DNA from: Vicinamibacterales bacterium | GTDB lineage: Bacteria > Acidobacteriota > Vicinamibacteria > Vicinamibacterales > UBA2999 | Assembly (NCBI GenBank): GCA_050247255.1 | Contig: JBFWUM010000012.1 | Location: 22,716-86,715, forward strand | Length of the DNA: 64,000 nt | Direction: 5' to 3' | Notes under the pieces: model-generated | Database searches by the model: none | What the model was told of the DNA's origin: nothing | Seen by the model: the letters and a program-made list of their open reading frames with translations, nothing else | Shown here: positions 37,912 through 46,798 of the stretch, one piece after another | Position numbering within the stretch: position 1 is the first letter of the stretch | Layout: the number at the start of each line of letters is the position of its first letter | Program-made: the position numbers and the translations under genes

Positions 37912-39215
37912 CAGGCGTTGCTCCCGATCGGGCCGAGGACCGCCGGCGGCTCGACGGGCGCGGCCTTCACGGCCATCGCCAGCCACCGCCCGCGCATCGG
38001 CTTCAGGACCCAGATCGCCAGCGCCGCCGTTGCGAAGTCCATGGCGATGATGACGGCAAACACGGGAATCCACGACCCGGTGGCGGCATGCAGCAGCGCC
38101 GCGACCGGGCCGCCCAGCACCGAGCCGACCCCCTGCGCCATGTAGAGCACTCCGTAGTTCGCCGTGGCATGCCGCGTGCCGAAGGTGTCGGTCAGCGTCG
38201 ACGGAAACAGCGAGAAGATCTCGCCCCACCCGAAGAACACCAGCCCCGACAGGATCACGAACAGCACGGGCTGATCGCGTGTCATCAACCAGAGGGTCAT
38301 CGCCGCCCCTTCCAGGGAGAAGGCGATCAGCATCGTCTGTTCACGCCCGACGCGGTCGGAGATCCACCCGAAGAACGGACGCGTCAATCCGTTGGTGACG
38401 CGGTCGAGTGAGAGCGCCAGCGGCAGCACCGGCAAGCCCAGGACGAGGACGTCGGCCATGCCAAAGTCGCGGGTGAACGCACCCATCTGCGAAATGACCA
38501 TCAACCCCGAGGTCGACATCATCGTCATCATCAGGAACATCAGCCAGAACACCGGCGTCCCCAGCATCTCGAGCGGCCCGACGTGGACGGGACCACGGCC
38601 GGGGAGCGCGGCGCCGGCTGCGTCGCCCGGCGGCCTTGCCAAGCCGGGACGCCGCAGCCCCTGCGCCGCCGCCACGCCGACGAGCGCAAAGATGCACCCG
38701 AATCGGATCAACGCACGCTCGAGGCCCTCCTCGCGAACGGCCGCGGCGATGGGAAACGTGGTCAGCAACGCGCCGAAGCCATAGCCGGCCGCCACGAGCC
38801 CGGTTGCCAGGCCCCGCTTGTTCGGGAACCACTGCACCATGTGCCCGATCACGCCGATGTAGACGATCCCGGTACCCAGGCCGCCAAGGACGCCGTAGGT
38901 GAGATACAGCGCTGTCAGCGACGACGCGCCAGCCGCCAGCACCCAGCTGAATCCCGTCAGCAGCAGGCCGATCGAGAGGAGCAGTCGCGGTCCGAAGCGG
39001 TCCACCAGCGCTCCCTGCCACGGCGAAAAGAACGTCTGAATGACAATCAGGAGCGAGAAGGTCACCTGCAGTGCGGGCAGGTCGGCGCCGGTCCGCTCGG
39101 TCAGCGCCTGCGTGAAAACCGCCCACACATACTGTGGGCTGGAGATCACGATCATGCAGGTGAGCCCGAGCAGAAGCTGGAACCAGGGCGAGCGAACGCG
39201 GAGCGGGTTGGACAC
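37911..39215 (-). CDS. MFS transporter, oxalate/formate antiporter (OFA) family
   Basis: 434 aa. N-terminus WFQLLLGLTCMIVISSPQYVWAVFTQAL..LQVTFSLLIVIQTFFSPWQGALVDRFGPR is typical of OFA-family MFS. Confidence 0.85.
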   Translation of the reverse strand: MSNPLRVRSPWFQLLLGLTCMIVISSPQYVWAVFTQALTERTGADLPALQVTFSLLIVIQTFFSPWQGALVDRFGPRLLLSIGLLLTGFSWVLAAGASSLTALYLTYGVLGGLGTGIVYIGVIGHMVQWFPNKRGLATGLVAAGYGFGALLTTFPIAAAVREEGLERALIRFGCIFALVGVAAAQGLRRPGLARPPGDAAGAALPGRGPVHVGPLEMLGTPVFWLMFLMMTMMSTSGLMVISQMGAFTRDFGMADVLVLGLPVLPLALSLDRVTNGLTRPFFGWISDRVGREQTMLIAFSLEGAAMTLWLMTRDQPVLFVILSGLVFFGWGEIFSLFPSTLTDTFGTRHATANYGVLYMAQGVGSVLGGPVAALLHAATGSWIPVFAVIIAMDFATAALAIWVLKPMRGRWLAMAVKAAPVEPPAVLGPIGSNA

Positions 39216-39221
39216 GGCACC

Positions 39222-40868
39222 TCACGGAAGAGACGGTTGTGGCACGGCGGCGCCGTCCTTGCGCGGGTCGGACGCCCCGTAATTGACGTCCGTGGTGCAG
39301 TCGCGCATGACGCTCTGACCACCACCGACGAGACTGGAGAAGCTGCCCAGCACCTCGACATCGTGCCCCCGCGCGGCCAGCTCCGCCCGCACGTGGAGCG
39401 GAACGCGCGATTCGACCATCACGTCGCAGCCGTTGAAGGTCAGCTTGGTCACCCGCGGCGCCTCCAGCGCCTCTTGGATGTTCATCCCGTGGTCGACGAC
39501 GTTGGAGACGAACTGCGCGTGTGCCTGCGCCTGGTTCCAGCCGCCCATGATGCCGAAGGCGATGTTGACGCCGCGCCCGGACATGAAACCCGGGATGATG
39601 GTGTGTAACGGCCGCTTGCGCGGGGCCAGCGCGTTCGGGTGCCTGGGATCGAACTTGAAGAGACCGCCGCGGCTCTGCAGCACGAAGCCCGCGCCCTCGG
39701 GAACGACACCGGAGCCGAAATTGGCAAAGTTGCTCTGGATGAGCGACACCATGTTGCCCTCGCGATCGGCGACGCTCAGGTAGGTGGTGTCGCCCCCGTG
39801 GTCGGGGAGCCCCGAGGGCACCTCAGGGTTCGCCTGCTCCGGGTCGATCCGCGCGGCGCGCTCCAAAGCGTATTCCTTCGACAGCAGCGTCTCGGGGGTC
39901 AGGTGGAACGCCGGGTCGGCGACGTGGCGTGCCAGATCGGCGTAGGCCAGCTTCTTGGCCTCGATGATCGCGTGGAGCGTCTCCGCCGAGCCTGGGCCGT
40001 AGATGCCGAGGGAGAACGCCTCGAGAATGTTCAGCATCATCAACGCCGCGATGCCCTGTCCGTTGGGCGGCAGTTCATAGATGGTCCAGCGGCGATAGGA
40101 CGTCGCCAGCGGCGTGACCCACTCGGCGTCGTACTCGGCGAGGTCGGCTGACACGAGCGCGCCGCCGTGCCCGCGCGAACAGCGGAGGATCCGCCGCGCC
40201 ACTTCGCCGCGATAGAACGTCTCGGAGCCCTCTTCACCGAGTAAGCGGTAGGTTCCGGCCAGATCCACGTTCCGAAACAGGTGGCCGGTCCGCGGAATAC
40301 GTCCGCCGGGCACGAACACCCGCGACGCGACCGGGTCGGTGCGCAGCAGGGCTTCACTGCCCTTCCACTCGGCCGCGGTCATCTCGGCGACCGGAAACCC
40401 CTCGTCCGCCACGTGTGCGGCCGACGCCAGCAGATCCCTGAAGGGACGGCGCCCGAAGCGCTCGTGCAGCTTCGCCCAGGCGGCGACGGCGCCTGGGACG
40501 GTGACCGAGTTGATCCCGCTCTGAGGCATCGACGACATCCCGCGCGCCTGGAGCGCCTCGATACTCAGCGCGGCTGGCGCCCAGCCGCTCCCGTTGATCC
40601 CGTGCAGCCGTTCCGTGTCGGCCTCGTAGACGAGGGCGAACAGGTCGCCGCCGATGCCGTTCATCATCGGCGCGACCACCCCCATCATCGCGTTGGCCGC
40701 GATGGCGGCGTCCACCGCATGGCCGCCGGCTGCCAGGATCGAGGCGCCGGCCTGCGAGGCGAGTGGGTGCTCGCTGGCGACCACGCCACCGACGTGCATC
40801 ACCATGGAGCGCCCCTGGTTGCGCTCGATCGCCGTGCGAACGTAGTCCGCTGTGACTCCCACGGGCAT
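39222..40868 (-). CDS. ggt: Gamma-glutamyltransferase family protein
   Basis: 548 aa. ASEHPLASQAGASILAAGGHAVDAAIA, and the autoprocessing/catalytic Thr context HGGDTTYLSVADREGNMVSLIQSN. No obvious signal peptide. Confidence 0.9.
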   Translation of the reverse strand: MPVGVTADYVRTAIERNQGRSMVMHVGGVVASEHPLASQAGASILAAGGHAVDAAIAANAMMGVVAPMMNGIGGDLFALVYEADTERLHGINGSGWAPAALSIEALQARGMSSMPQSGINSVTVPGAVAAWAKLHERFGRRPFRDLLASAAHVADEGFPVAEMTAAEWKGSEALLRTDPVASRVFVPGGRIPRTGHLFRNVDLAGTYRLLGEEGSETFYRGEVARRILRCSRGHGGALVSADLAEYDAEWVTPLATSYRRWTIYELPPNGQGIAALMMLNILEAFSLGIYGPGSAETLHAIIEAKKLAYADLARHVADPAFHLTPETLLSKEYALERAARIDPEQANPEVPSGLPDHGGDTTYLSVADREGNMVSLIQSNFANFGSGVVPEGAGFVLQSRGGLFKFDPRHPNALAPRKRPLHTIIPGFMSGRGVNIAFGIMGGWNQAQAHAQFVSNVVDHGMNIQEALEAPRVTKLTFNGCDVMVESRVPLHVRAELAARGHDVEVLGSFSSLVGGGQSVMRDCTTDVNYGASDPRKDGAAVPQPSLP

Positions 40869-40880
40869 CGCGCGCTGCCG

Positions 40881-41906
40881 CTACCGAACCGGAGCCGGCA
40901 GCGAGGCTTTGCTCACGCGCGCCACCACGGTGAACGCCGCATCCGATACACGCGCGATCTGGTATTCGACGGCCTGCCCCATCAGCAGCGAGACTGCCTT
41001 TTCGCTCAACCCGAAATCGTCGTCCAGCCAGTGGTGCAGTTCGAGCGTGGCGTGCCGGAGAGCGTCCTGCAGCGACGCCGCGCTGCTTCCGACCGTCATC
41101 AGGTGCCGGTCGGTCTCGATCCGCGGCCATGCCATCTCGAATTCGCCGACGACGGTCGAGGGGCGCACCACGCTGCTATGGGGCCAGCTCTGTTTCTTGA
41201 CGACCTCGACGGTGAACTCGACCTCGAGCGCCGACTCGATGCCGGTGCCGGTCACGGCGCCGTCGCCCTGCGCCGCGAGGCCGTGGCCGAGGAACAGCAG
41301 CGCGCCGGGATGAAACACCGGGAGCATCACCCTGGCGCCCGCGCCGACGGCGCCGGCCAGCAGCGTGCCGCCATGCGCGCCGGGCAACGGGCCGGCGGGC
41401 TCCGGGCCCGGCGGTGCGACGGCGATCGCCCCGAGCGCGGGCCGCAGCGGCACGACCAGCGCCGGGTCGGCGAACCGGCCTTTCCAGTCGGTCGATTTCG
41501 ACACGGCATGGAGGTCGAGCCTGGCCACGCCGGCCGCCTCGTCGATCAGCCATGGATACGCCGTCGAATCCGGACGGCTCGACAGGGACCCCGCCACGAT
41601 GACCGCTCCGGCCATCGTCGAGGTCGACGTACCCGCCGCCCCGCGCGGCGCCAGGCGATCGATCGTCACGACGAGCAGGTCACCGGGCGCGGCCTCCTCG
41701 ACGAAGAACGGCCCGATCAATGCCGCCGGATCGCCGGCCGTTGCCGTCACGAGCCGGTCACCGCTCTTGAGGCGCTGCGCGACCGGATGCGCGCTCGACA
41801 GCGTCGTGTGGTACGTCGCCGGGATGAACCGGTAGGTTTCGGCGATCAGCGGCGCGCCGATCGCCAGGACGCCGATCGCGGTCGCGGAACACAGCCGTCG
41901 TCTCAT
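40881..41906 (-). CDS. Acetamidase/formamidase (FmdA/AmdA) family protein, secreted
   Basis: Signal MRRRLCSATAIGVLAIGAPLIA. GPFFVEEAAPGDLLVVTIDRL resembles the family's GP.YV.GA.PGD.L.V motif. Confidence 0.75.
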   Translation of the reverse strand: MRRRLCSATAIGVLAIGAPLIAETYRFIPATYHTTLSSAHPVAQRLKSGDRLVTATAGDPAALIGPFFVEEAAPGDLLVVTIDRLAPRGAAGTSTSTMAGAVIVAGSLSSRPDSTAYPWLIDEAAGVARLDLHAVSKSTDWKGRFADPALVVPLRPALGAIAVAPPGPEPAGPLPGAHGGTLLAGAVGAGARVMLPVFHPGALLFLGHGLAAQGDGAVTGTGIESALEVEFTVEVVKKQSWPHSSVVRPSTVVGEFEMAWPRIETDRHLMTVGSSAASLQDALRHATLELHHWLDDDFGLSEKAVSLLMGQAVEYQIARVSDAAFTVVARVSKASLPAPVR

Positions 41907-41957
41907 GTCAGCCTCCGAAGGAAATCTGGTGAGTGATCAGCGCCGCGGCCGGCGCGG

Positions 41958-42950
41958 TCACCCGAGTCTCATTTGTGCGAGTACGGCGCGACCGAGCAGC
42001 CCATAGGGATTGGCCAGTGTCTCGAGCACCTCGAAGTGGTTTGTGGCTTCGGCTACGAGGAGATCGACCGGCGTGCCGGCGGCGCGGAGCGCGGCCGCGA
42101 ACTCGCGCGTCTGACGCTGGAACTCCGGCGATTCCAGCGTGCCGTAGGCGGCGATGATCGGGCACGTCAGGCGCGCGAGGTGGCGCTGCGGGCTGAGCGC
42201 CGCCTCGACCTCGTCGGTGAACCTGACGTAGGCGCTTCGTGCCGACCGCCGCACCGGCGCGAGGTCGAACATCCCGCTGCACAGCAGCGCCCCCCTGACC
42301 ACGTCATCAGGCAGCCCGAATTGCGCGCCCCAGTCGGTGGTCAGCGCCACGGCAGCCAGGTGCGCGCCGGAGGAATGCCCCGACAGGAAGATGCGGTCGG
42401 GATCACCGCCGAACGACGCCGCATGGCGACGGACCCAGGCGACGCCGCGGCGCACCTGCTCGGCCATCGGCACCAGATCGCCGCCGGTCTCGAGCACGTT
42501 GGCAAAATCGAGCACGGCCAAGTGCGCGCCGGCACGCACGAACAGTTCGGCGAAGAAGGCGTAGTCGCGCGCCATCCCGCCGCGCCAGGCGCCGCCGTGC
42601 ACGAAGACGTTGATCGGGGCACCGGCCCGGTCCGACAGGAACAGATCGACCTGCTCCGCCGCCGCATCGCCGTAGGCGAGCCGGCGCGGCGGACCCAGGC
42701 GCGCGCGCACCGCCGCGCTGTTCGCCGCGTAGCGCTCCAGGATCTGGCCGCGGTTCGGGGCGTAGACGGTCTGGTCGTAGGCCGCGTCCAGCGCCTGCTG
42801 ATCCAGGTCGCGCCACACCGCCGGCCCGCGGCGCGCCGTGGCGCCAAGGCCCCGCTCCTGGCCCATGATTCGCGGAGCCGCAAGTCCGAGCGCGGCGGCG
42901 CCGAGGAACGCGCGGCGCGTCGAACGGTGGAGGACTGCCGCGTGTGGCAT
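41958..42950 (-). CDS. Tat-exported alpha/beta hydrolase, arylformamidase/esterase-like
   Basis: Tat-like RRAFLGAAALGLAAP, the oxyanion motif VFVHGGAWRGG, and the nucleophile elbow GHSSGAHLAA (resembling HGGYW / GHSAGAHL of AFMID-type formamidases). Confidence 0.75.
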   Translation of the reverse strand: MPHAAVLHRSTRRAFLGAAALGLAAPRIMGQERGLGATARRGPAVWRDLDQQALDAAYDQTVYAPNRGQILERYAANSAAVRARLGPPRRLAYGDAAAEQVDLFLSDRAGAPINVFVHGGAWRGGMARDYAFFAELFVRAGAHLAVLDFANVLETGGDLVPMAEQVRRGVAWVRRHAASFGGDPDRIFLSGHSSGAHLAAVALTTDWGAQFGLPDDVVRGALLCSGMFDLAPVRRSARSAYVRFTDEVEAALSPQRHLARLTCPIIAAYGTLESPEFQRQTREFAAALRAAGTPVDLLVAEATNHFEVLETLANPYGLLGRAVLAQMRLG

Positions 42951-42955
42951 GGCCG

Positions 42956-43837
42956 CTAGAAGGATCCAGGGCGCATGCGGAACGTGCCGTCCTCGACCCG
43001 ATCACGATAGGCCCCATGGCATGCCTGGCACGTCTGGTTGAGCGCGCCGGAGGCCGTCGTCACCGCCCCCCAGTCGCCCCCCGCCGCCGCGCCCTCGATC
43101 GCCACGGCCTGCCGCCTCGCCTCGCGCGCCCACTCCGCGGCGGCGCTCTGGCCGAGATCCTCCCACATCGCCTCGACCTGGCCGAAGGATTGCACCAGCG
43201 TGGCCACCGGTTCGGCCACGCCGTCGACGTTCATCCCCTGCGCTGCGTCGCGCAGCGTCTCGACACTCGCCGCAATGCGCTTCATCTCGGCGCCCATCGC
43301 CAGCTCCGCGGGGGTCGGCGGCGGCAGCGGCTTGGCGCCCAGCTCCATGTAGGTGGGATCGAGCACCGACGTGGCGACCAATACCGGGGCCCCGCTGTAG
43401 CGGGCCGCGAGGCCGGCCGGCAGGTCGACCGTGTAGCCCTCGGCCACGCCGCCGATGGCCGCCGCCGCGAACCGGACCACCCGGCCGCGCAGCAGTACGT
43501 ACCGGCCGTGCGGCACCGCGCGGGTGAGGTACGGGGCGAGCACCAGCAACGGGGCACCGGCGGCGCTCGTCTCGTGCGCGTTCACGGCGCGCTGCTGATC
43601 GACCACGAATGCCGTCGGTGTGAGCAGAGCCTCGACCCGTGCCGAGACGGTTACCAGTTTCCCGACGAAGGCCTCCGGGTTCCCGGTGATCGCCGTGGTC
43701 GTGACCGGCATGCCGAATGCCGCGCTGTCCGCGCGCCGGCGCTGGGCGCTCGGCCCGGCGGGCCAGCTGACGAGCACTGCGGTCAGTGCCGCCGCGGTGC
43801 CGGCGCGACGCAGGGTGGCGGTCGATCGCGCCGTCAC
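42956..43837 (-). CDS. Secreted fusion protein: unknown N-terminal domain + class II (cytochrome c'-like) four-helix haem domain
   Basis: Signal peptide. The C-terminal ~120 aa is helical and ends in ..ALNQTCQACHGAYR, with CxxCH near the C-terminus as in cytochrome c'/c556. I did not recognise the N-terminal ~150 aa. Confidence 0.65.
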   Translation of the reverse strand: MTARSTATLRRAGTAAALTAVLVSWPAGPSAQRRRADSAAFGMPVTTTAITGNPEAFVGKLVTVSARVEALLTPTAFVVDQQRAVNAHETSAAGAPLLVLAPYLTRAVPHGRYVLLRGRVVRFAAAAIGGVAEGYTVDLPAGLAARYSGAPVLVATSVLDPTYMELGAKPLPPPTPAELAMGAEMKRIAASVETLRDAAQGMNVDGVAEPVATLVQSFGQVEAMWEDLGQSAAAEWAREARRQAVAIEGAAAGGDWGAVTTASGALNQTCQACHGAYRDRVEDGTFRMRPGSF

Positions 43838-45414
43838 GGCTGCCCCTGTTCCTGCAGGCGTTTCAGCGCTTCCTGCCGGCGCTGCTGTTCCTCGATCAGC
43901 CGGCGCTGCACCTCCGCCGGGTCGTCGGCGTCCAGCAGGTCGTCGGCGACGCCGTTCTCGCGCAGCGCACCGCCGATATTGGTGCCGGAGTCGGTCGTAT
44001 CGAGACCCCGTTCCGTCATCAGCTCGCGCAGCAGCCTGGCGGTGTGCTTGTTCATCATCACGCGGGCGTTGTAGTACACGCCGTCAGCGATGGTCAGCGG
44101 CAGCCAGCCGCGATTGTTGCGCACGTCGAGTCTGGCACCGGCGTCGACGAGCAGTGTCACCGCCTCGTTCGAACCGCGCCAGGCCGGCCCGTGCAGCGCC
44201 GTCTCGCCGTCGCGATCGACGTCGTCGACCGACGCCCCGAGGTCGAGGAGCAGCTTCACCGCCTCGGCCGACTCCACCGGGTCGCCGGGACTCTCGCCCT
44301 GCGAATAGACCCCGACCCCGGCGGCCACCATCAGAGGGGAATCACCTTCGATGTTGCCCAGAAACGGATCGGCGCCGAGGCCGAGGAGCACTTCCATCAG
44401 GGGTACGTCGACCGACTTGGCCGCCAGGAAGAACGGCGTTGCGCCGAACCGATTGAGACTGTTGCGCCCCTCCATGTCCGAGGTCGGCTCTGTCGTCTGC
44501 CGGGCATTGACGTCGGCACCGTGCTCGACCAGCGCGCGGGCCAGGTCCAGGCTGCTCATGCCGCCCTTCGGTTTCTGGCCGGGATTGTTCTGCCCACGCT
44601 GCGGCCGGCGCGACCAGGCAATCTGGTGCAGCGCCGTCCACCCCTGCAGCGCCGCGTTCGGGTCGATGCCGAGGTCGAGCAGCGCCGCCGCCGTTTCGTA
44701 GTTGAGCCCCTGCACCGCCGTGACCAGGGCGCTCGTCCCGTCGGGCAGCTTCTCGTCGACGTCGGCGCCCGCCTGCACGAGCAGCTCGATGACCTCCGGG
44801 TGTCCCTGGCGGGCGGCGAACAGCAACGGCGTCCAGCCGAACCGCGACCGGTCGGCAACGGCCGCACCGGCCTCGAGGAGCACGGCGACCGCCGCGGCGT
44901 TGCCTTCGTGCGCCGCCCACATCAGCGCGGTCTGCTGCTTCCACCCCTCCCGGGCGTTGACCTCGGCCCCACGCGCCAGCAGCAGCTTGATCGCCTCGAC
45001 GCGCCCGGTGCGGGCGGCGGTCATCAGCGCCGTCTCACCTTCCGGCAGCGCGGCGTCGACGTCCGCACCCGCTGCGATCAGTCGAGCGAGCATGGCGGCG
45101 TTGCCGTGCAGCGCCGCCGAGTACATCGCGGTGACGCCGTAGCGATTGGCCGCCCTCGCGTCGGCGCCCGCACCGAGGAGGAGGTCGACCATGGCCAGGT
45201 CGTCCTGGTCCGCTGCCCAGTGCAGCGCCGTGGTGCCGTCGGCCTCGGCGACGTTGACCGACGCCGGATCCCGTTGGAGCAGTTGTCGAACCGTGGCGGT
45301 GTCGAGGCGCTTCGCCGCCTCCACCAGCGGCTGTGCCCCGGCCGCTGCCGCCTGTTGTACAGCGACCGCCCCGAGCAGGACGGCTGCGAGCACGACCGTG
45401 GACCTGATGCGCAT
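43834..45414 (-). CDS. Secreted ankyrin-repeat protein (~10 repeats)
   Basis: Start at ATG 45414 (GGGAGGG RBS). Signal MRIRSTVVLAAVLLGAVAV. Repeats such as TALHWAADQDDLAMVDLLLGAGADARA and TPLLFAARQGHPEVIELLVQAGADVDE. Charged coiled C-terminal tail. Confidence 0.85.
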   Translation of the reverse strand: MRIRSTVVLAAVLLGAVAVQQAAAAGAQPLVEAAKRLDTATVRQLLQRDPASVNVAEADGTTALHWAADQDDLAMVDLLLGAGADARAANRYGVTAMYSAALHGNAAMLARLIAAGADVDAALPEGETALMTAARTGRVEAIKLLLARGAEVNAREGWKQQTALMWAAHEGNAAAVAVLLEAGAAVADRSRFGWTPLLFAARQGHPEVIELLVQAGADVDEKLPDGTSALVTAVQGLNYETAAALLDLGIDPNAALQGWTALHQIAWSRRPQRGQNNPGQKPKGGMSSLDLARALVEHGADVNARQTTEPTSDMEGRNSLNRFGATPFFLAAKSVDVPLMEVLLGLGADPFLGNIEGDSPLMVAAGVGVYSQGESPGDPVESAEAVKLLLDLGASVDDVDRDGETALHGPAWRGSNEAVTLLVDAGARLDVRNNRGWLPLTIADGVYYNARVMMNKHTARLLRELMTERGLDTTDSGTNIGGALRENGVADDLLDADDPAEVQRRLIEEQQRRQEALKRLQEQGQP

Positions 45415-45424
45415 GTGCCCTCCC

Positions 45425-46798
45425 TTAGGCATCGGCGGTGGCCGTGTCGAGATCGAGCACCCCGGTGCTATCGCCGAAGCTGTCTACCGGCAGGTCCGCC
45501 CGCTGCACCAGGTGCAGGAGCAGATTCGACATCGGCGTGCCCATCGGCGTCGCGATGTGCCGGTTCCCTTTCATGCCGTTGGCGCCCCCGACGAGCGCGA
45601 TGGGCAGATCCATGTGCGAGTGGATGTTGCCGTCGCTCATGCCGCCGCCGATCATCAGCAGCGAGTGGTCGAGCAGCGTGCCGTCCCCGTCGCGCGTGTT
45701 CCGCAGCTTCTCGACCAGCTGGGCGAACAGCTGCACGTGCCACGTGCAGAGCTTGGTGTACTTGGCCAGCGTCTCGGGGTTGTTGCTGTGGTGGGACATC
45801 CCGTGGTGTGACTCGTTCAGGCCGATCTCCGGATACATCCGGGCCCGCTGCTCGGCGCCGAACATGAAGGTGCTGACGCGCGTGATGTCCGCCTGGAAAG
45901 CCAGGAACTGCAGGTCGAACATCAGCGTGGCGTGATCGTCGAAGCGCTCAGGCGTGCCGATGCCTGGCCGCTCGTATTCGGGGAGAGGCGATGCCGCGTT
46001 GCGCGCCTCCGCCTGCTGGATGCGCCGCTCGACCTCGCGCAGGACGTCCAGGTAGTCGCCAACCGTCGATCGGTCCGCCGGCCCGAGCCTCGCGCGCAGG
46101 CTGGCCATCTCGTCGATGGCCGAATCGAGAATGCTCTTGCGCGTGCGCGTCGCGGCGAGCTGCTCCGCTGTGGAGCCGCCGTCGCCGAACAGCTGCTCGA
46201 ACACCAGGCGCGGACTGCTCTGCGTTGGCAGCGGCGTCGTCGGCGTCGCCCATGACAGCGTCGTGCCGTAGGCGCAGCTGTACCCCGTATCGCAGCCGCC
46301 GGTGACCGAGTTGGGCAGGATCGCGAGCTCCAGTGACGGCAGCGGCGTGTCGCGGCGCGCCTGCGCCGCCAGAACCTGATCGACCGATACCCCGGCGCGC
46401 AGATCCGAGCCTTCCGTCCGCTTGATCTTCGTCCCGGTCAGCCACGTTCCCGTGCTCCGGGTGTGATCGCCGTTGCCGTCGCCGAGACTCTCCGACGAGC
46501 GGTGGTGCAGGCCGCTGACGACCGTGAGCCGATCGCGGTAGGGCTCGAGTGGCGACAGGATCAACGAGAAGTCGAAGTCGGCGCCGACCGTCGTCGGCTT
46601 CCAGTAGTTCACACCGGTGTGATTCATCGCCACGCCGTTGGGCATGTAGAAGAACCCGTAGCGGCTGACGGGCCTGGCTGCGGTCTTCTGCTGCGCCGTG
46701 AGCGCCGGGACCATCGCGTCCAGCAGCGGCAACGCCAGGCTCACGCCGAGACCGCGCAGGACGGTGCGGCGCGACAACGCCTTCTTCGTGATGATCAT
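45425..46798 (-). CDS. DUF1552 domain protein (HXXSHH family), Tat-exported
   Basis: MIITKKALSRRTVLRGLGVSLALPLLDAM, and the family signature ESHHGMSHHSNNPE (HxxSHH). Confidence 0.85.
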   Translation of the reverse strand: MIITKKALSRRTVLRGLGVSLALPLLDAMVPALTAQQKTAARPVSRYGFFYMPNGVAMNHTGVNYWKPTTVGADFDFSLILSPLEPYRDRLTVVSGLHHRSSESLGDGNGDHTRSTGTWLTGTKIKRTEGSDLRAGVSVDQVLAAQARRDTPLPSLELAILPNSVTGGCDTGYSCAYGTTLSWATPTTPLPTQSSPRLVFEQLFGDGGSTAEQLAATRTRKSILDSAIDEMASLRARLGPADRSTVGDYLDVLREVERRIQQAEARNAASPLPEYERPGIGTPERFDDHATLMFDLQFLAFQADITRVSTFMFGAEQRARMYPEIGLNESHHGMSHHSNNPETLAKYTKLCTWHVQLFAQLVEKLRNTRDGDGTLLDHSLLMIGGGMSDGNIHSHMDLPIALVGGANGMKGNRHIATPMGTPMSNLLLHLVQRADLPVDSFGDSTGVLDLDTATADA

